Made by a program: the position numbers and the translations under genes | From: Candidatus Bathyarchaeota archaeon | GTDB taxonomy: Archaea; Thermoproteota; Bathyarchaeia; Bathyarchaeales; Bathycorpusculaceae | Assembly (NCBI GenBank): GCA_963828195.1 | Contig: CAWHDT010000005.1 | Location: 224,001-288,000, forward strand | Length of the DNA stretch: 64,000 bases | Direction of reading: 5' to 3' | Notes under the pieces: generated by a model | Told to the model about the DNA's origin: nothing | Databases searched by the model: none | What the model saw: the letters and a program-made list of their open reading frames with translations, nothing else | In this document: in pieces, positions 10,123-20,312 of the stretch | How positions within the stretch are numbered: position 1 is the stretch's first letter | Layout: each line of letters opens with the position of its first letter

Positions 10123-10614
10123 TTGAGTGGTGATTTTTTGTCTGTTAAAGTCGGCGATAAAGCCCCTGATTTTACACTTCCCTCGCAGATGGGAGACAAC
10201 GTGACTCTTTCAGAATTCATAGGCAAAAAGAACGTGGTCTTATACTTTTATCCCAAAGATGAAACGCCCGGCTGCATCAGAGAAGCCTGCAGTTTCAGAG
10301 ACAGCTACGAAGAACTTACAAAATTGGGCGCTGAAGTACTCGGTGTAAGCGGTCAAAGCGTGGAGTCCCACAAATCTTTTGCGACACATTATGGCTTGCC
10401 CTTCATACTGCTAGCCGACGAAGGCAACAAGGTACGCAAGCTGTACGGCGTCCCCTCATCCCTGGGCATAGTTCCAGGACGGGTCACCTACATAATTGAC
10501 AAGAAAGGCATTGTTAGGCGCATCTTCAATTCACAAACTCAAACCCAACAACATGTAGACGAAGCAAAAAACACGTTAAAAGAACTGGAAAAAGAGCAGC
10601 AAGTCACCGTTTAA
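10123..10614 (+). CDS. bcp: peroxiredoxin (BCP/PrxQ type)
   Basis: [16 protein letters not shown] motif. Confidence 0.92.
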   Translation: MSGDFLSVKVGDKAPDFTLPSQMGDNVTLSEFIGKKNVVLYFYPKDETPGCIREACSFRDSYEELTKLGAEVLGVSGQSVESHKSFATHYGLPFILLADEGNKVRKLYGVPSSLGIVPGRVTYIIDKKGIVRRIFNSQTQTQQHVDEAKNTLKELEKEQQVTV

Positions 10615-10631
10615 AGTGGAGAAGCCGATAG

Positions 10632-11882
10632 TTGTTAAATTTATACAATACGCTCACACAGAAAATCGAGCCGTTCAAACCCGCCGAAGACATGCAGGTC
10701 AAAATGTACACTTGCGGCCCATCCACGTATCAACGAGCGCACATAGGAAACTACCGCACTTTCCTCTTCGAAGATGTACTACAGCGTTACATGGAATACT
10801 TAGGCTACAAAGTCACAAGGCTAATTACCTTAACAGATGTTGAAGACAAAGCCATAGCGCAGGCAAAAAAAGAAAACCTCACCGTAGAAGAGCTGACAAA
10901 AAAAAACGAAGCTGTCTTCTTCGAGGACTTCAAGCTCTTAAAAATAAAAAAGCCCGACTACGCCGTTAGAGCTTCCTCAGCTGTAGATCAAGCGGCGAAA
11001 TTAATTACCCAGCTCTTAGAAAAGGGCGTTGCGTACTGGTACGAGTATGAGGGCGCAAAAAACGTTTACTTTGACCCGTTGAAATTCAAAGGCTTCGGTA
11101 AACTGGCTCATTTGGACATGAGCAAATGGCCGAAAAAGAAACGCCGATTTCACTTAGACACGTACCCCGGCACGCCTTGGAACCGGGGCGACTTTATCAT
11201 TTGGGACGGATGCAAACAAGATGCCGTCTGTTATGTGGCGCCCATTGGAAGCGGCAGACCAGCGTGGAATATTCAGGATGCAGCCATCGTAACTAAGCAT
11301 CTGGGCTTCTCGATTGATGTTGCATGCGGCGGAATCGACAATTTAGTCAGGCATCACGATTATACGCTCGCCGTTGCAGAAGCCGTCAGCGGCAAAGAGT
11401 TCTCGCGTTACTGGCTTCACGGCGCGCACCTTTTGTTAAACGGCAAAAAAATGTCCAAAAGCACTGGCAACGTCCTTTACACAAACGACGTTTTAGGGAA
11501 AGGTTTCAGCGGTGAACAGTTAAGGTTCTTTCTCACCTATCGACCCTACAGGAAAAAACTAAACTTCACCTTTGAAAAACTCGCTGAAACAAGTCAAAAA
11601 CTCGCTTCTTTCAAAAACATGATCAATGACCTGCAAATGCAGAAATCAGACAATTCCAATGCAGAGACAGAAGGCGTCAAGGAAATTATCGTTTCTGTTT
11701 TCGAGAAGGGCATGAATAACGATTTAGACGTGAAAACGGCTTTCGACGGCGTATACAAAACAATCAGTGAACTGCATAAAAAGCGTGAAGCCTTAAGCGT
11801 TAAAGACATAACAAATACACTGGATGATTTACGCAGAATTGACTCAGTTTTCCAATTCATTTTTAAAGCCACGCAGGCTTAG
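10632..11882 (+). CDS. cysteinyl-tRNA synthetase-like class I ligase (divergent, C-terminally short)
   Basis: MYTCGPS, HIGN, KMSKS; the usual WHIEC and HHENE motifs read WNIQD and HHDYT. Confidence 0.8.
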   Translation: MLNLYNTLTQKIEPFKPAEDMQVKMYTCGPSTYQRAHIGNYRTFLFEDVLQRYMEYLGYKVTRLITLTDVEDKAIAQAKKENLTVEELTKKNEAVFFEDFKLLKIKKPDYAVRASSAVDQAAKLITQLLEKGVAYWYEYEGAKNVYFDPLKFKGFGKLAHLDMSKWPKKKRRFHLDTYPGTPWNRGDFIIWDGCKQDAVCYVAPIGSGRPAWNIQDAAIVTKHLGFSIDVACGGIDNLVRHHDYTLAVAEAVSGKEFSRYWLHGAHLLLNGKKMSKSTGNVLYTNDVLGKGFSGEQLRFFLTYRPYRKKLNFTFEKLAETSQKLASFKNMINDLQMQKSDNSNAETEGVKEIIVSVFEKGMNNDLDVKTAFDGVYKTISELHKKREALSVKDITNTLDDLRRIDSVFQFIFKATQA

Positions 11883-12133
11883 ACTAGTTCGCCTACCAGC
11901 TTGACTTTCGCAAGATTTTCTTCTTTATGAGGCGCCATCGCTAATTCTTCAGTTAAGTCTTTGCCCGCTTGATGCATCCCCAAGTGGTCGCCGTCGATCC
12001 AAAAACTACTCTGCGAAACATCGTAGACTTTTCCTCGGTACACTATGTATGCGGGTTTGCCGTTTTTTCCGTTGTTTTCTTCCAATTCTTGCTTTGTAAC
12101 CTTTTTTAGTTCAGACAAAAAATCACGTCTCAC
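11879..12133 (-). CDS. cytochrome b5-like heme/steroid-binding protein
   Basis: NGKNGKPAYIVYRGKVYDVS, HQAGKDLT, APH. Confidence 0.88.
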   Translation of the reverse strand: MRRDFLSELKKVTKQELEENNGKNGKPAYIVYRGKVYDVSQSSFWIDGDHLGMHQAGKDLTEELAMAPHKEENLAKVKLVGELV

Positions 12134-12398
12134 ATTTAAGTTGGCACTTGCATTTAAAATGTTTGTGCTCTGCGATTTAGCTGTTGGCTTTTCTTGTCAT
12201 TTTTTGTGTTGTTTTTTTGGTGCAAATATTAGGTAGGGCTATAGGTAGACGGGTTCTGGTCAGGGCTTGTTTTAGGTTGCTTTTTTGGTTTAGGGCTTAA
12301 TCGAAGATTTTAGTTCGCCTCAAAAAAATCAGAAAGAGCAAAAATTACGCCAAGGCGTACTAGATGATTCTAATAGGCTCCAAACATGTTTCAACATT

Positions 12399-12773
12399 CT
12401 AAATGGGCGCTCTTGCGCAAATGCTGTGAAGGCTAGTTTTACCCGTCAAGTTTTGCGCTAAAACGTTTGCTTTTGGGATAGCTGTCGGGACGTTGAAGCT
12501 TAGGCTCATTGTGTTTCCCTGGTTTGCGTTATTATTTGATTGGTTAACCTGCTCTGAGTAGAAGAACGCAAAAACAAAGATGCCTACAATTACCACCACA
12601 ACCACCACAGCGACTATAGCAACGACTTCGGGTGAAACGCCTTTTTTGTGAGTTGACACTGCCAGCGGCTGGGGAACAGGAGCCAAAGTCAAAGTCACTA
12701 CTGGCGTCCCGCATTTATGGCAGAAATGTGCGTTTTCTTCCAGTTGAGCTCCGCATATTCGACAGTAAGCCAC
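12399..12773 (-). CDS. zinc-ribbon membrane protein
   Basis: N-terminal CxxCG...FCxxCG followed by one TM helix. Confidence 0.8.
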   Translation of the reverse strand: MAYCRICGAQLEENAHFCHKCGTPVVTLTLAPVPQPLAVSTHKKGVSPEVVAIVAVVVVVVIVGIFVFAFFYSEQVNQSNNNANQGNTMSLSFNVPTAIPKANVLAQNLTGKTSLHSICARAPI

Positions 12774-12919
12774 TGTGAAACCTCAACCTACGGCTAACGT
12801 CTTGAAAAATTTAAGCCTTGCCCAAAATTTCCTTTAACCTTGATATGCGTCATTTGGCGATAATTAAGTCCTAGTAATTTTAAATAAGGGCGGGGCTAAA
12901 CGGTTGTTGGAGATACCCT

Positions 12920-14620
12920 TTGCCAGAAAAAGTTCTCGTTACATCCGCTTGGCCATACATCAACGTCACGCCGCATTTAGGCAACCTTGTTGGATCAGTC
13001 CTATCCGCCGATGTTACCGCCCGTTACTACAGGTTGCGCTGCGACGACGTGCTGATGGTGAGCGGTTCAGACACCCACGGCACCCCCATAGAAGTTGAAG
13101 CGATAAGACAAGGCATCTCACCTAAAGCCCTAACAGATCGAAACCACACCCGCGTCGCCGAACTCTTCCGACGATGGGATGCCTCATTTGACAATTACAC
13201 CAGCACGGAGAGCCCAATCCACAAAGAGTTTGTCCAGAAAACGCTGCTTGAAATCCAAAAGAACGGTTACATCTTCGAGCAGGAAACCCAGATGCTCTAC
13301 TGCGAGCATGACCAACGTTTCTTGCCTGACCGCTTTGTGGAGGGCAAATGCCCCTACTGCGGATGCGAAAAAGCAAGGGGAGACCAATGCGACATGTGCG
13401 GCAGGCTTTTGGAGCCAACCATGCTGGTTGAGCCGTACTGCGTAATCTGCAAGAATAAACCCACAGTGAAGACCACTCGTCACTGGTACATTGACCTCTC
13501 AAAGCTTTCCCAGCCATTAACTGAGTACCTGCAGAGTAACCAGCAGCTTCCAGTCAATGTTAAAAACTTCAGCTTAAACTGGATAAAAGAAGGCTTAAAA
13601 CCTAGAGCCGTCACACGCGACATCGAATGGGGGATACCCGCACCCTTCAAAGGCGCAGAGGGCAAAACCATCTATGTCTGGGTTGACGCAGTTTTAGGCT
13701 ACGTTTCAGCAACCATCGAGCAGTGCCAACGTATGGGGCAGCCAGAGAAATGGAGGGAATTCTGGTTCAACAAACAAGCCAAAACTCTTTATTTCGTCGG
13801 CAAAGACAACATCCCATTCCACACCATAATCCTGCCAGCGCTTCTGTTAGCTTCGGGAGAAGGCTACAACCTGCCCTGGAATGTATCCGCCACCGAATTC
13901 CTCCAGTTCAGGGGGCAAAAAGCCTCAAAAAGCCAACGTGTCGGCATCTGGATAGATGAAGCCTTAGAAATGTTCCCCGTGGATTACTGGCGCTTCTTCT
14001 TAATCGCAACCCGACCTGAAAGCAAAGACACCAACTTCACATGGAGCGCTTTCATCGAAAAAATCAACGCAGACCTAAACGACACCTACGGCAACTTCAT
14101 CCACCGCACCCTCTCATTCGTCAACAGCAAATTTGAAAGTCAAATTCCAGCACCAACAAAACTTGACAAAGATGACGAAGCAGTTCTGCAAACGGTAAAA
14201 GAAAAGGTTGAACAGGCCGCCAAGGAAATTGAAGGTTCATGGCTGCAATCAGCCGCAAACACACTCATCGGCATAAGCAGAGTAGGCAACCAATACCTCA
14301 ATACCAAAGAGCCCTGGAACCTCATGAAAACTGACAAAGAAAAAGCCGGCACCGTCTTTTACGTGACCGCCCAAGTGGTTAAGGCTATTGCAGTTGTCTC
14401 ACAGCCATTTATGCCTGATACAGCAGAGCAGCTCTGGCAAACACTTAGCCTTCCGGGAAGCGCCGCTAAAACCAGTTGGAGCGAAGCCTTAGTGCCGCTT
14501 GAAGCTGGACACAAAATTGCTAAACCTAAACCGTTGTTCCACAAAATAGAAGCCGACGAAGCCAAGCTTGATGAGCAGTTGGCTGAGATTAGAGCTAAAA
14601 TGGCAAGCCAACCAAAATAA
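12920..14620 (+). CDS. metG: methionyl-tRNA synthetase
   Basis: PYIN..HLGN, GSDTHG, Zn knuckles, YVWVDA, GKDNIPFH, KASKS. Confidence 0.96.
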   Translation: MPEKVLVTSAWPYINVTPHLGNLVGSVLSADVTARYYRLRCDDVLMVSGSDTHGTPIEVEAIRQGISPKALTDRNHTRVAELFRRWDASFDNYTSTESPIHKEFVQKTLLEIQKNGYIFEQETQMLYCEHDQRFLPDRFVEGKCPYCGCEKARGDQCDMCGRLLEPTMLVEPYCVICKNKPTVKTTRHWYIDLSKLSQPLTEYLQSNQQLPVNVKNFSLNWIKEGLKPRAVTRDIEWGIPAPFKGAEGKTIYVWVDAVLGYVSATIEQCQRMGQPEKWREFWFNKQAKTLYFVGKDNIPFHTIILPALLLASGEGYNLPWNVSATEFLQFRGQKASKSQRVGIWIDEALEMFPVDYWRFFLIATRPESKDTNFTWSAFIEKINADLNDTYGNFIHRTLSFVNSKFESQIPAPTKLDKDDEAVLQTVKEKVEQAAKEIEGSWLQSAANTLIGISRVGNQYLNTKEPWNLMKTDKEKAGTVFYVTAQVVKAIAVVSQPFMPDTAEQLWQTLSLPGSAAKTSWSEALVPLEAGHKIAKPKPLFHKIEADEAKLDEQLAEIRAKMASQPK

Positions 14621-14634
14621 GACGGGCGAAACTG

Positions 14635-15288
14635 ATGCAAATTAACGCCGACCTTCACGTGCATTCAAACTACTCCCAGGATTCACTGATTACTCCCAAA
14701 GAACTGGTTTATTATGCTAAAAAACGTGGGTTAACCTCTGTTGCCGTCACTGACCACAACCAAATTGAGGGCAGCTTAAAAATTGCTAAAGAAACAGATT
14801 TTCTTATCATCCCAGGAATGGAGGTTTCAAGTGCAGACGGCCACATAGTTGCCCTTAATCTTCAAGAGTTGATTCCAAGAGGCTTAAGTGCAAAAGAAAC
14901 AGTTGACAAAATCCACGAGACGGGCGGAATAGCTATTGCAGTTCACCCTTACGCTTGGTTAAAAGGCAGCTTAAATAGCCATGTTGAAGAAGCCCAGTTT
15001 GACGCCATAGAAACCTTGAACGCCTCAGCTTTTCCTTATGGACGCAACAAACAAAAAGCAGCCGCGGTAGCTCAGAAGCTTAAACTGCCCCAAGTGGCTG
15101 GAACCGACGCTCATTATGGTCCAACCATCGGTTACGGCTACACCTCGATTGACTGCGAACCCAACGTTGAGGCAATTGCAAAGGCAATCGTAAACGGGCA
15201 ATGCCAGCCTCACGGACAACAGGTGCCATTAACTCTTACTCTGCAACGCCAATACAGATTGATTATGCGAAGGTTTTCACGGATTTAA
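14635..15288 (+). CDS. PHP domain metal-dependent phosphoesterase
   Basis: DLHVHS, TDHN, GMEV, HPY, GTDAH. Confidence 0.9.
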   Translation: MQINADLHVHSNYSQDSLITPKELVYYAKKRGLTSVAVTDHNQIEGSLKIAKETDFLIIPGMEVSSADGHIVALNLQELIPRGLSAKETVDKIHETGGIAIAVHPYAWLKGSLNSHVEEAQFDAIETLNASAFPYGRNKQKAAAVAQKLKLPQVAGTDAHYGPTIGYGYTSIDCEPNVEAIAKAIVNGQCQPHGQQVPLTLTLQRQYRLIMRRFSRI

Positions 15289-15978
15289 CTCGACTTTTCG
15301 CGCCTTACATAAAATGGAAATTCCAAAAAGATAATTTACCTTGGATTCAGCAATTAGCCATTTTTCAAGCAGTCCAGATAGGAACTTGTTGCTGGCTACC
15401 TGTTCATGCGGGTAATCTTTGTTTGAAAGTTTGATTCCAACGGCGATTGGCAGCGCCAGCAGATTCCAATGCCTAAAATACTCAATTTTGAAGCCTGAAT
15501 CACGCAGTTTGCCTTTTAGTTCCTTGTTAGAGTATCGTCGTTTATGCCCTAAAGCAAAGTCGTGTTTACTGAACAAAGCCTGGTAGGCAGGCACATTGAT
15601 TACAATGCAGCCGTTCTGCGTTAGCATTCCGTGGATCTTATGCAGGGCGACTCTGTCGTCTTGGATGTGTTCTAGTACGTCGCCGAGGATTATACATTCA
15701 AACTTTTCGTCTTTGCTCCAGTCATTGATGTCTGACGCGTAAGCTGTGATTCCCTTCTTTTTTGCGATTTCCACCGCTTTCAGGTCGGTGTCGATTGCCA
15801 CCACGCTAAAGCCCCTTTCCAAAAGCATCTTTGAAAGACGTCCTGAGCCGCAGCCCACATCCAAAGCTGTTTTGCCTTCAACAAGTTTCAAAATTAGCTT
15901 TACTTTCACTTTGCTCCAGAAATCGGATTCTTCTATGCGTTCTAAGTCTTCTGCGTGGCTATGTAAGTTTTCACCCAT
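15277..15978 (-). CDS. class I SAM-dependent methyltransferase
   Basis: LDVGCGSG, DVLEHI, GHKRRY. Confidence 0.88.
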   Translation of the reverse strand: MGENLHSHAEDLERIEESDFWSKVKVKLILKLVEGKTALDVGCGSGRLSKMLLERGFSVVAIDTDLKAVEIAKKKGITAYASDINDWSKDEKFECIILGDVLEHIQDDRVALHKIHGMLTQNGCIVINVPAYQALFSKHDFALGHKRRYSNKELKGKLRDSGFKIEYFRHWNLLALPIAVGIKLSNKDYPHEQVASNKFLSGLLEKWLIAESKVNYLFGISILCKARKVELNP

Positions 15979-16649
15979 AATTTGAGTACGCCCCGACCCA
16001 TCTTCAACGTATCCTCGAAGAGGTTAAGCTTTGAATCTGGCTTATAACTCCACGTTACCGGCACCTCTTTTATTGTGTAACCCATTTTTTTGCATTTAAA
16101 AAGGAGTTCCGCATCGAACTCGAAGCCATTACTTTCGACTGTGTAGAGGGCGTTTTCCAAAACGTCTTTTTTGAAGGCTTTGCAGCCGCATTGAGTATCC
16201 CTCACGTTGAGGTTGAATAAAGCATTGAATAAATGCGAGAAAGCCTTGCCGGCGAAAACTCGGGCAAACGGGGGATAAACCAGGATTTTTGTTCCCGCAA
16301 CCTCTCTTGACGCAACTGCAACATCAACCTGGCTTAACCACGAAGCCACTTTGTCCACATCTGAAATCGGGACAGGAAGGTCTGAGTCAAGAAGCATCAC
16401 TATTTCGCCGTGAGCGTGCTCCACGCCTTTTTTGAAAGCGCCCCCCTTGCCGAGGCGCCTGTCTGAAGTAATTAGTTTAATAACTGCTGAATTCTTAGAA
16501 AACTCCTCAACTATGTCATCGGTTTTATCTGTGCTTTCGGAGACAATTAAAATTTCGCAGGACCCATTAAATCGGTCAACCAAGCTTTGCAGAGTGTTTT
16601 TAATTCGTTTTTCCTCATTGTAAGCTGGAATCACAATTGAAAGTTTCAT
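15942..16649 (-). CDS. GT2 glycosyltransferase (dolichyl-phosphate glycosyltransferase-like)
   Basis: SIVIPAYNE, GKGGA, DSD, DTQCGCK, FDAELL. Confidence 0.9.
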   Translation of the reverse strand: MKLSIVIPAYNEEKRIKNTLQSLVDRFNGSCEILIVSESTDKTDDIVEEFSKNSAVIKLITSDRRLGKGGAFKKGVEHAHGEIVMLLDSDLPVPISDVDKVASWLSQVDVAVASREVAGTKILVYPPFARVFAGKAFSHLFNALFNLNVRDTQCGCKAFKKDVLENALYTVESNGFEFDAELLFKCKKMGYTIKEVPVTWSYKPDSKLNLFEDTLKMGRGVLKLWVKTYIATQKT

Positions 16650-16822
16650 GTTGGCACTTGCCGATTTTTTTTAAGCGCTTGGTTTCATAACATTCTGAGT
16701 TGCTACCATAAGACTCTTTTGGGTAAAACCTCAATCCAACTTTTTTAAAAAACTTTGAAGCAAAATAACAACTGAAAACTGTACCTTTAATAAAAAGATG
16801 ACATAAGAGATAATGAAGAAAA

Positions 16823-17164
16823 ATGGCTTATCTGCGAGAAGAAAAAGAAACCCTCGAAGTCACCTATCCACTTAACACGGTTTGGGAATCTATTCCAAAA
16901 GCAGTTGAAAATTCTGGCTGGACAATAGAAGAAGCAAACCAAGATACACACCACGTTAAAATTAAAACTAAAGGCGCCTTCTTATCCTACCCATCAATAC
17001 TCACATTAGATTTATCAGTGATAGATGAAAAAACGACAAAGATGATAATCAAAGGAGAAACCCCCGTGACAACTATCACTTCAGTGGCAGATTACGGCAG
17101 AACAGGGGAACGTATAGAAGTATTGGTAGCGGCATTATCCAAGGTAATTGCGGCTAAACCCTAA
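16823..17164 (+). CDS. hypothetical protein
   Basis: 113-aa ORF. Confidence 0.65.
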   Translation: MAYLREEKETLEVTYPLNTVWESIPKAVENSGWTIEEANQDTHHVKIKTKGAFLSYPSILTLDLSVIDEKTTKMIIKGETPVTTITSVADYGRTGERIEVLVAALSKVIAAKP

Positions 17165-17187
17165 TTTCGGGGTTTTTCCCGAGTTTG

Positions 17188-17949
17188 TTAGCTTTGCCGC
17201 CATGGCGTTTGTGTTTTTGAAGCAGGATTCATCCAGTCATGCCCGAAAATTTCAGCTTCCCCGCTTTCAATGCCCTCAACTATTCGCTGTGCCGTGTAAT
17301 CTGGCGAATCGGCTCTTTTGAATACCTCTTGGGCTTCAGGTGATTCTTCTTGTTTTTGCAGTGAAGCATCTTTGATTGTGTTTTTCTCAAAGTCGCTAAG
17401 CGTAATGAAAGGGTAAACTACGCTGACAACAATTTTGTCCGCTTCAAGCTCTTGCCTTGCAACTAAGCTCAGTTGAGCTAAAGCGCGTTTCAGGGCTGAG
17501 TATGGACCGTTATCAGGCAGATACATCAGCGCGGTTCCTGAACTGATGTTAACGATTGTTCCTCCGCCTTGCCGCCTCATAATGGGAATGGCTTCTTTCA
17601 TGGCAACTAAGGGACCGACAACATCTAAATCGAAGATGTAGCGGAAAATTTCAATATCCGTTTTTTCGACGGGCACGTCGTATCCGCGGCCAGCGTTGTT
17701 TACCAAAATATCTATCCGTCCGAAATGGTCAAACGCCTGCTTAACCATGCTTTTTGCATCTTCAACTTTTGAAATGTCCGCTACGATGACGATTGATTCG
17801 GGCAGTTTTTGGGCAAGCGCCTCAAGTTTGTCTTTGGAGCGGGCGACTAAAGCCAGCTTGGCGCCTTTGCTGGAAAGAAGCTTCGCTGTGGCCAGTCCGA
17901 TGCCGCCAGATGCACCGGTGACAACTGCGACTTTTCCTTTGATTTCCAT
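17188..17949 (-). CDS. short-chain dehydrogenase/reductase
   Basis: TGASGGIG, NNAG, YSALK. Confidence 0.92.
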   Translation of the reverse strand: MEIKGKVAVVTGASGGIGLATAKLLSSKGAKLALVARSKDKLEALAQKLPESIVIVADISKVEDAKSMVKQAFDHFGRIDILVNNAGRGYDVPVEKTDIEIFRYIFDLDVVGPLVAMKEAIPIMRRQGGGTIVNISSGTALMYLPDNGPYSALKRALAQLSLVARQELEADKIVVSVVYPFITLSDFEKNTIKDASLQKQEESPEAQEVFKRADSPDYTAQRIVEGIESGEAEIFGHDWMNPASKTQTPWRQS

Positions 17950-17959
17950 GAGTTTGCCT

Positions 17960-18538
17960 CTAGTCGATGCGCTTGAGAATTTCTGCTGGGCGCTTCGGAG
18001 GCGCTTTTGGAAAGCCGCCTTTGGGGTAACCGAATATTATTGCTGCATGAACGTCATGGTCTTCCGGTACGCCGAGAACGGGTTTATTTTTTGGGTCATT
18101 TGCAACCCCAACTGCAGTGCCTATCCAGCAGCTTCCGACGCCCAGCGTGTAGGCGGCAAGCATCATGTTTTGCGCTGCCATGGAGCAGTCATAAATTGCG
18201 TAAGGAGATTTAACCCCTGAAACAAAAATCAAGAGGGGTGCATTGTAGAAGAGGTTGTAGTTTGGATCTTGCAGCCGTTTTTTTAAGCCGACTAAGCCTT
18301 CGTCGCCGACATCTGGCAGCATCCGAATTAGGGCAGGTTTCGCTATGTCAGAGAAATGCTTCATCTGTGCTTTATTTGTAACGATTGTGAATTTCCAGGG
18401 TTGAACGTTGATGGCGCTGGGCGCGTAGGTTGCAGCTTCCAGCAGCGTTTCGATTGTCGATTCGGGAACGGGTTTATCTTCATAACTTCGGATTGCTCGT
18501 CTAGATTTTATTGCTTCTAAAACTGGGTTTGTAACCAT
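17960..18538 (-). CDS. nitroreductase family protein
   Basis: RRAIRSY, APSAINVQPW, GVGSCWIG. Confidence 0.92.
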   Translation of the reverse strand: MVTNPVLEAIKSRRAIRSYEDKPVPESTIETLLEAATYAPSAINVQPWKFTIVTNKAQMKHFSDIAKPALIRMLPDVGDEGLVGLKKRLQDPNYNLFYNAPLLIFVSGVKSPYAIYDCSMAAQNMMLAAYTLGVGSCWIGTAVGVANDPKNKPVLGVPEDHDVHAAIIFGYPKGGFPKAPPKRPAEILKRID

Positions 18539-18622
18539 AAAATTTCGCCACTGTATAGGGAGACACGCGGTTTATAAAAATGATTCTGAACAGGCTGTGG
18601 CTGGTTTTGTATCCATTTTTTA

Positions 18623-18748
18623 TTTTTAAAAGAACAATAACACCCGGAAAACAGATGTTGTTCTTCTTGCAGGAGAGTTAAACTCACCAAAAAAAGAATT
18701 ATCAAAAGAAGAAGAAGCCCAGAAAAACTTTTTTTCTTCTTCTTCTTC
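18623..18748 (+). repeat. dispersed palindromic repeat, copy 1 (units A+B)
   Basis: AAAAGAACAA...TTGTTCTTCT and AAAAGAAGAAGAAGCCC...TTCTTCTTCTTC; similar blocks at 31890 and 56337. Confidence 0.8.
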
Positions 18749-18808
18749 CTCCAAAACAATCCAACCGTTGCCCTAGTCGAAGCCGTAAATGGGCTTTTTT
18801 AGTTTTGA

Positions 18809-19219
18809 TTAAGCAGTTTTTTCTTGAAGCGTTGCCAGATAGGCCGTTAAGCTTTCGACGCACTGGATTTCTCTGCCGACAAAAGCCCTAAGCTCAAGCC
18901 AAAACCGCATATTCACCTTAACTTTAAGCCGCTCAAGATCGCCTTGCAGACGCATCGTTCCCTCAACGCCTCGTCTGTCAAAGTCCAGGAGCAAAATAAC
19001 TTCGCGGACGCCAAGCTGCTCTATTTCCGCAGTTGCGTCAAGGAAAGATTTGCCGCCGGTTTTCACCGTCACAATCGCGCCGCTAACGCCTAAATCACGC
19101 AGGGTCTGAGCGTCTTTTTTGCCCTCAACCACAATCGGCTTACCCTTCGCCGACTCCTCCACCAGCTTGCTGAGGATTTGCTGGATTTTCTCCTCTTTCT
19201 CTTTAAGCTTCGTTGACAC
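18809..19219 (-). CDS. small Toprim domain protein
   Basis: IVVEGKKD and LLDFDRRG Toprim motifs. Confidence 0.88.
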   Translation of the reverse strand: MSTKLKEKEEKIQQILSKLVEESAKGKPIVVEGKKDAQTLRDLGVSGAIVTVKTGGKSFLDATAEIEQLGVREVILLLDFDRRGVEGTMRLQGDLERLKVKVNMRFWLELRAFVGREIQCVESLTAYLATLQEKTA

Positions 19220-19223
19220 GGTT

Positions 19224-20312
19224 TTACCTTGTTATCTTGGCTTGCCGCACCGTTTCCAAGCAATCTTTGGCTTCACTGTTATTTGCGAAGTAGCGGCGGA
19301 CAGGCTCCAAAATATCGGCAAGTTGGGTCGCAGCCCCGTTTTTGAGGTCCATCGGATGCAGCTTCCCCTCTGAGTAAGCAGACTCCAGCTCTTGGAAGCT
19401 CCCGAACTCGATGTTTCCCCCGAACTTCTCGGGACGCTCGATCTTCAGGGCTGATTTCTCGCGGAAAACAATGTGCTTGCAGATGTCCATAACCGGGTTG
19501 TACTTGACGGTTTTTTCTGGGCAAAACGCCTTAGCCATCTTCTGCTTGATTTCCTCTGGTGTGTCGTAGATGAAGATGCATGTTTGCGGTTTGCTCTTCG
19601 ACATCTTCGCTGAGGCAACCGCTTCTTTTTCTTGTCCCTCAGGAATCGGCCAAATAGACGGCTTCTCTAAACCCTGCAGCAGATGGTGGTGTACGCAGAC
19701 GGGTTTCCAGCAGCCGATTTTTTCGCCGATTTCGCGTGCCACCATGTTGGCTTTCCGCTGATCCATGCCTAACTGGCAAATCTTGACTTTCAACTCGAAA
19801 ATGTCAGCTACCTGCATGGGCGTGTAGAGGTAGTCGGAGACGTAGTGGGCTTCGCCTTCTTTTCTTCCCGCTATCTCAAGCGTTCGAGTTGTCCTCGCCA
19901 ACGTCAAGTTCTTGGCGATAATCACGGTTTTAGCCCAGTAATCGATGTTTTTGTAGAGCTCATCAGAATAGATGAATTCAACTTTGTCTTGGGGCACGCC
20001 CAGGGCAAGCCAGCTATGCCTAAAGAGGTCAGCGGCTTTGCGGATAAGAGCCAAATCACCGCCCAGCTTGTTGTTTAACCACGCATGCCACGTTGACAAA
20101 TAAGCCTTAAAATGCACGCCTGCTTCGGCAAAGTCCTTCATTTTGTAAGCGCAAATAACGCCTGTTCCCAAATGCGCCAAACCAGAAGGCTCAAAACCAT
20201 TATAGGCAACAGGATGCTCCTCCGCCTCCAAAAGGCTCCGCAAATCCTCCGGCGTTATCACTTCTTCAGTTGGCGGTCTGCAGATTAACTCAATTTTCTT
20301 TTCTATGTCCAA
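19224..20312 (-). CDS. tyrS: tyrosyl-tRNA synthetase (archaeal type)
   Basis: YNGFEPSG..HLG, YTPMQVADI, GMDQRK, KMSKS. Confidence 0.95.
   Translation of the reverse strand: MDIEKKIELICRPPTEEVITPEDLRSLLEAEEHPVAYNGFEPSGLAHLGTGVICAYKMKDFAEAGVHFKAYLSTWHAWLNNKLGGDLALIRKAADLFRHSWLALGVPQDKVEFIYSDELYKNIDYWAKTVIIAKNLTLARTTRTLEIAGRKEGEAHYVSDYLYTPMQVADIFELKVKICQLGMDQRKANMVAREIGEKIGCWKPVCVHHHLLQGLEKPSIWPIPEGQEKEAVASAKMSKSKPQTCIFIYDTPEEIKQKMAKAFCPEKTVKYNPVMDICKHIVFREKSALKIERPEKFGGNIEFGSFQELESAYSEGKLHPMDLKNGAATQLADILEPVRRYFANNSEAKDCLETVRQAKITR

Noticed and set aside
18517-18759. ORF-track proteins at 18517..18759, 31875..32069 and 56281..56475
   Set aside because: They are translations of the palindromic repeat (KKKK/LLLL/EEQQL), with no independent sign of being genes.
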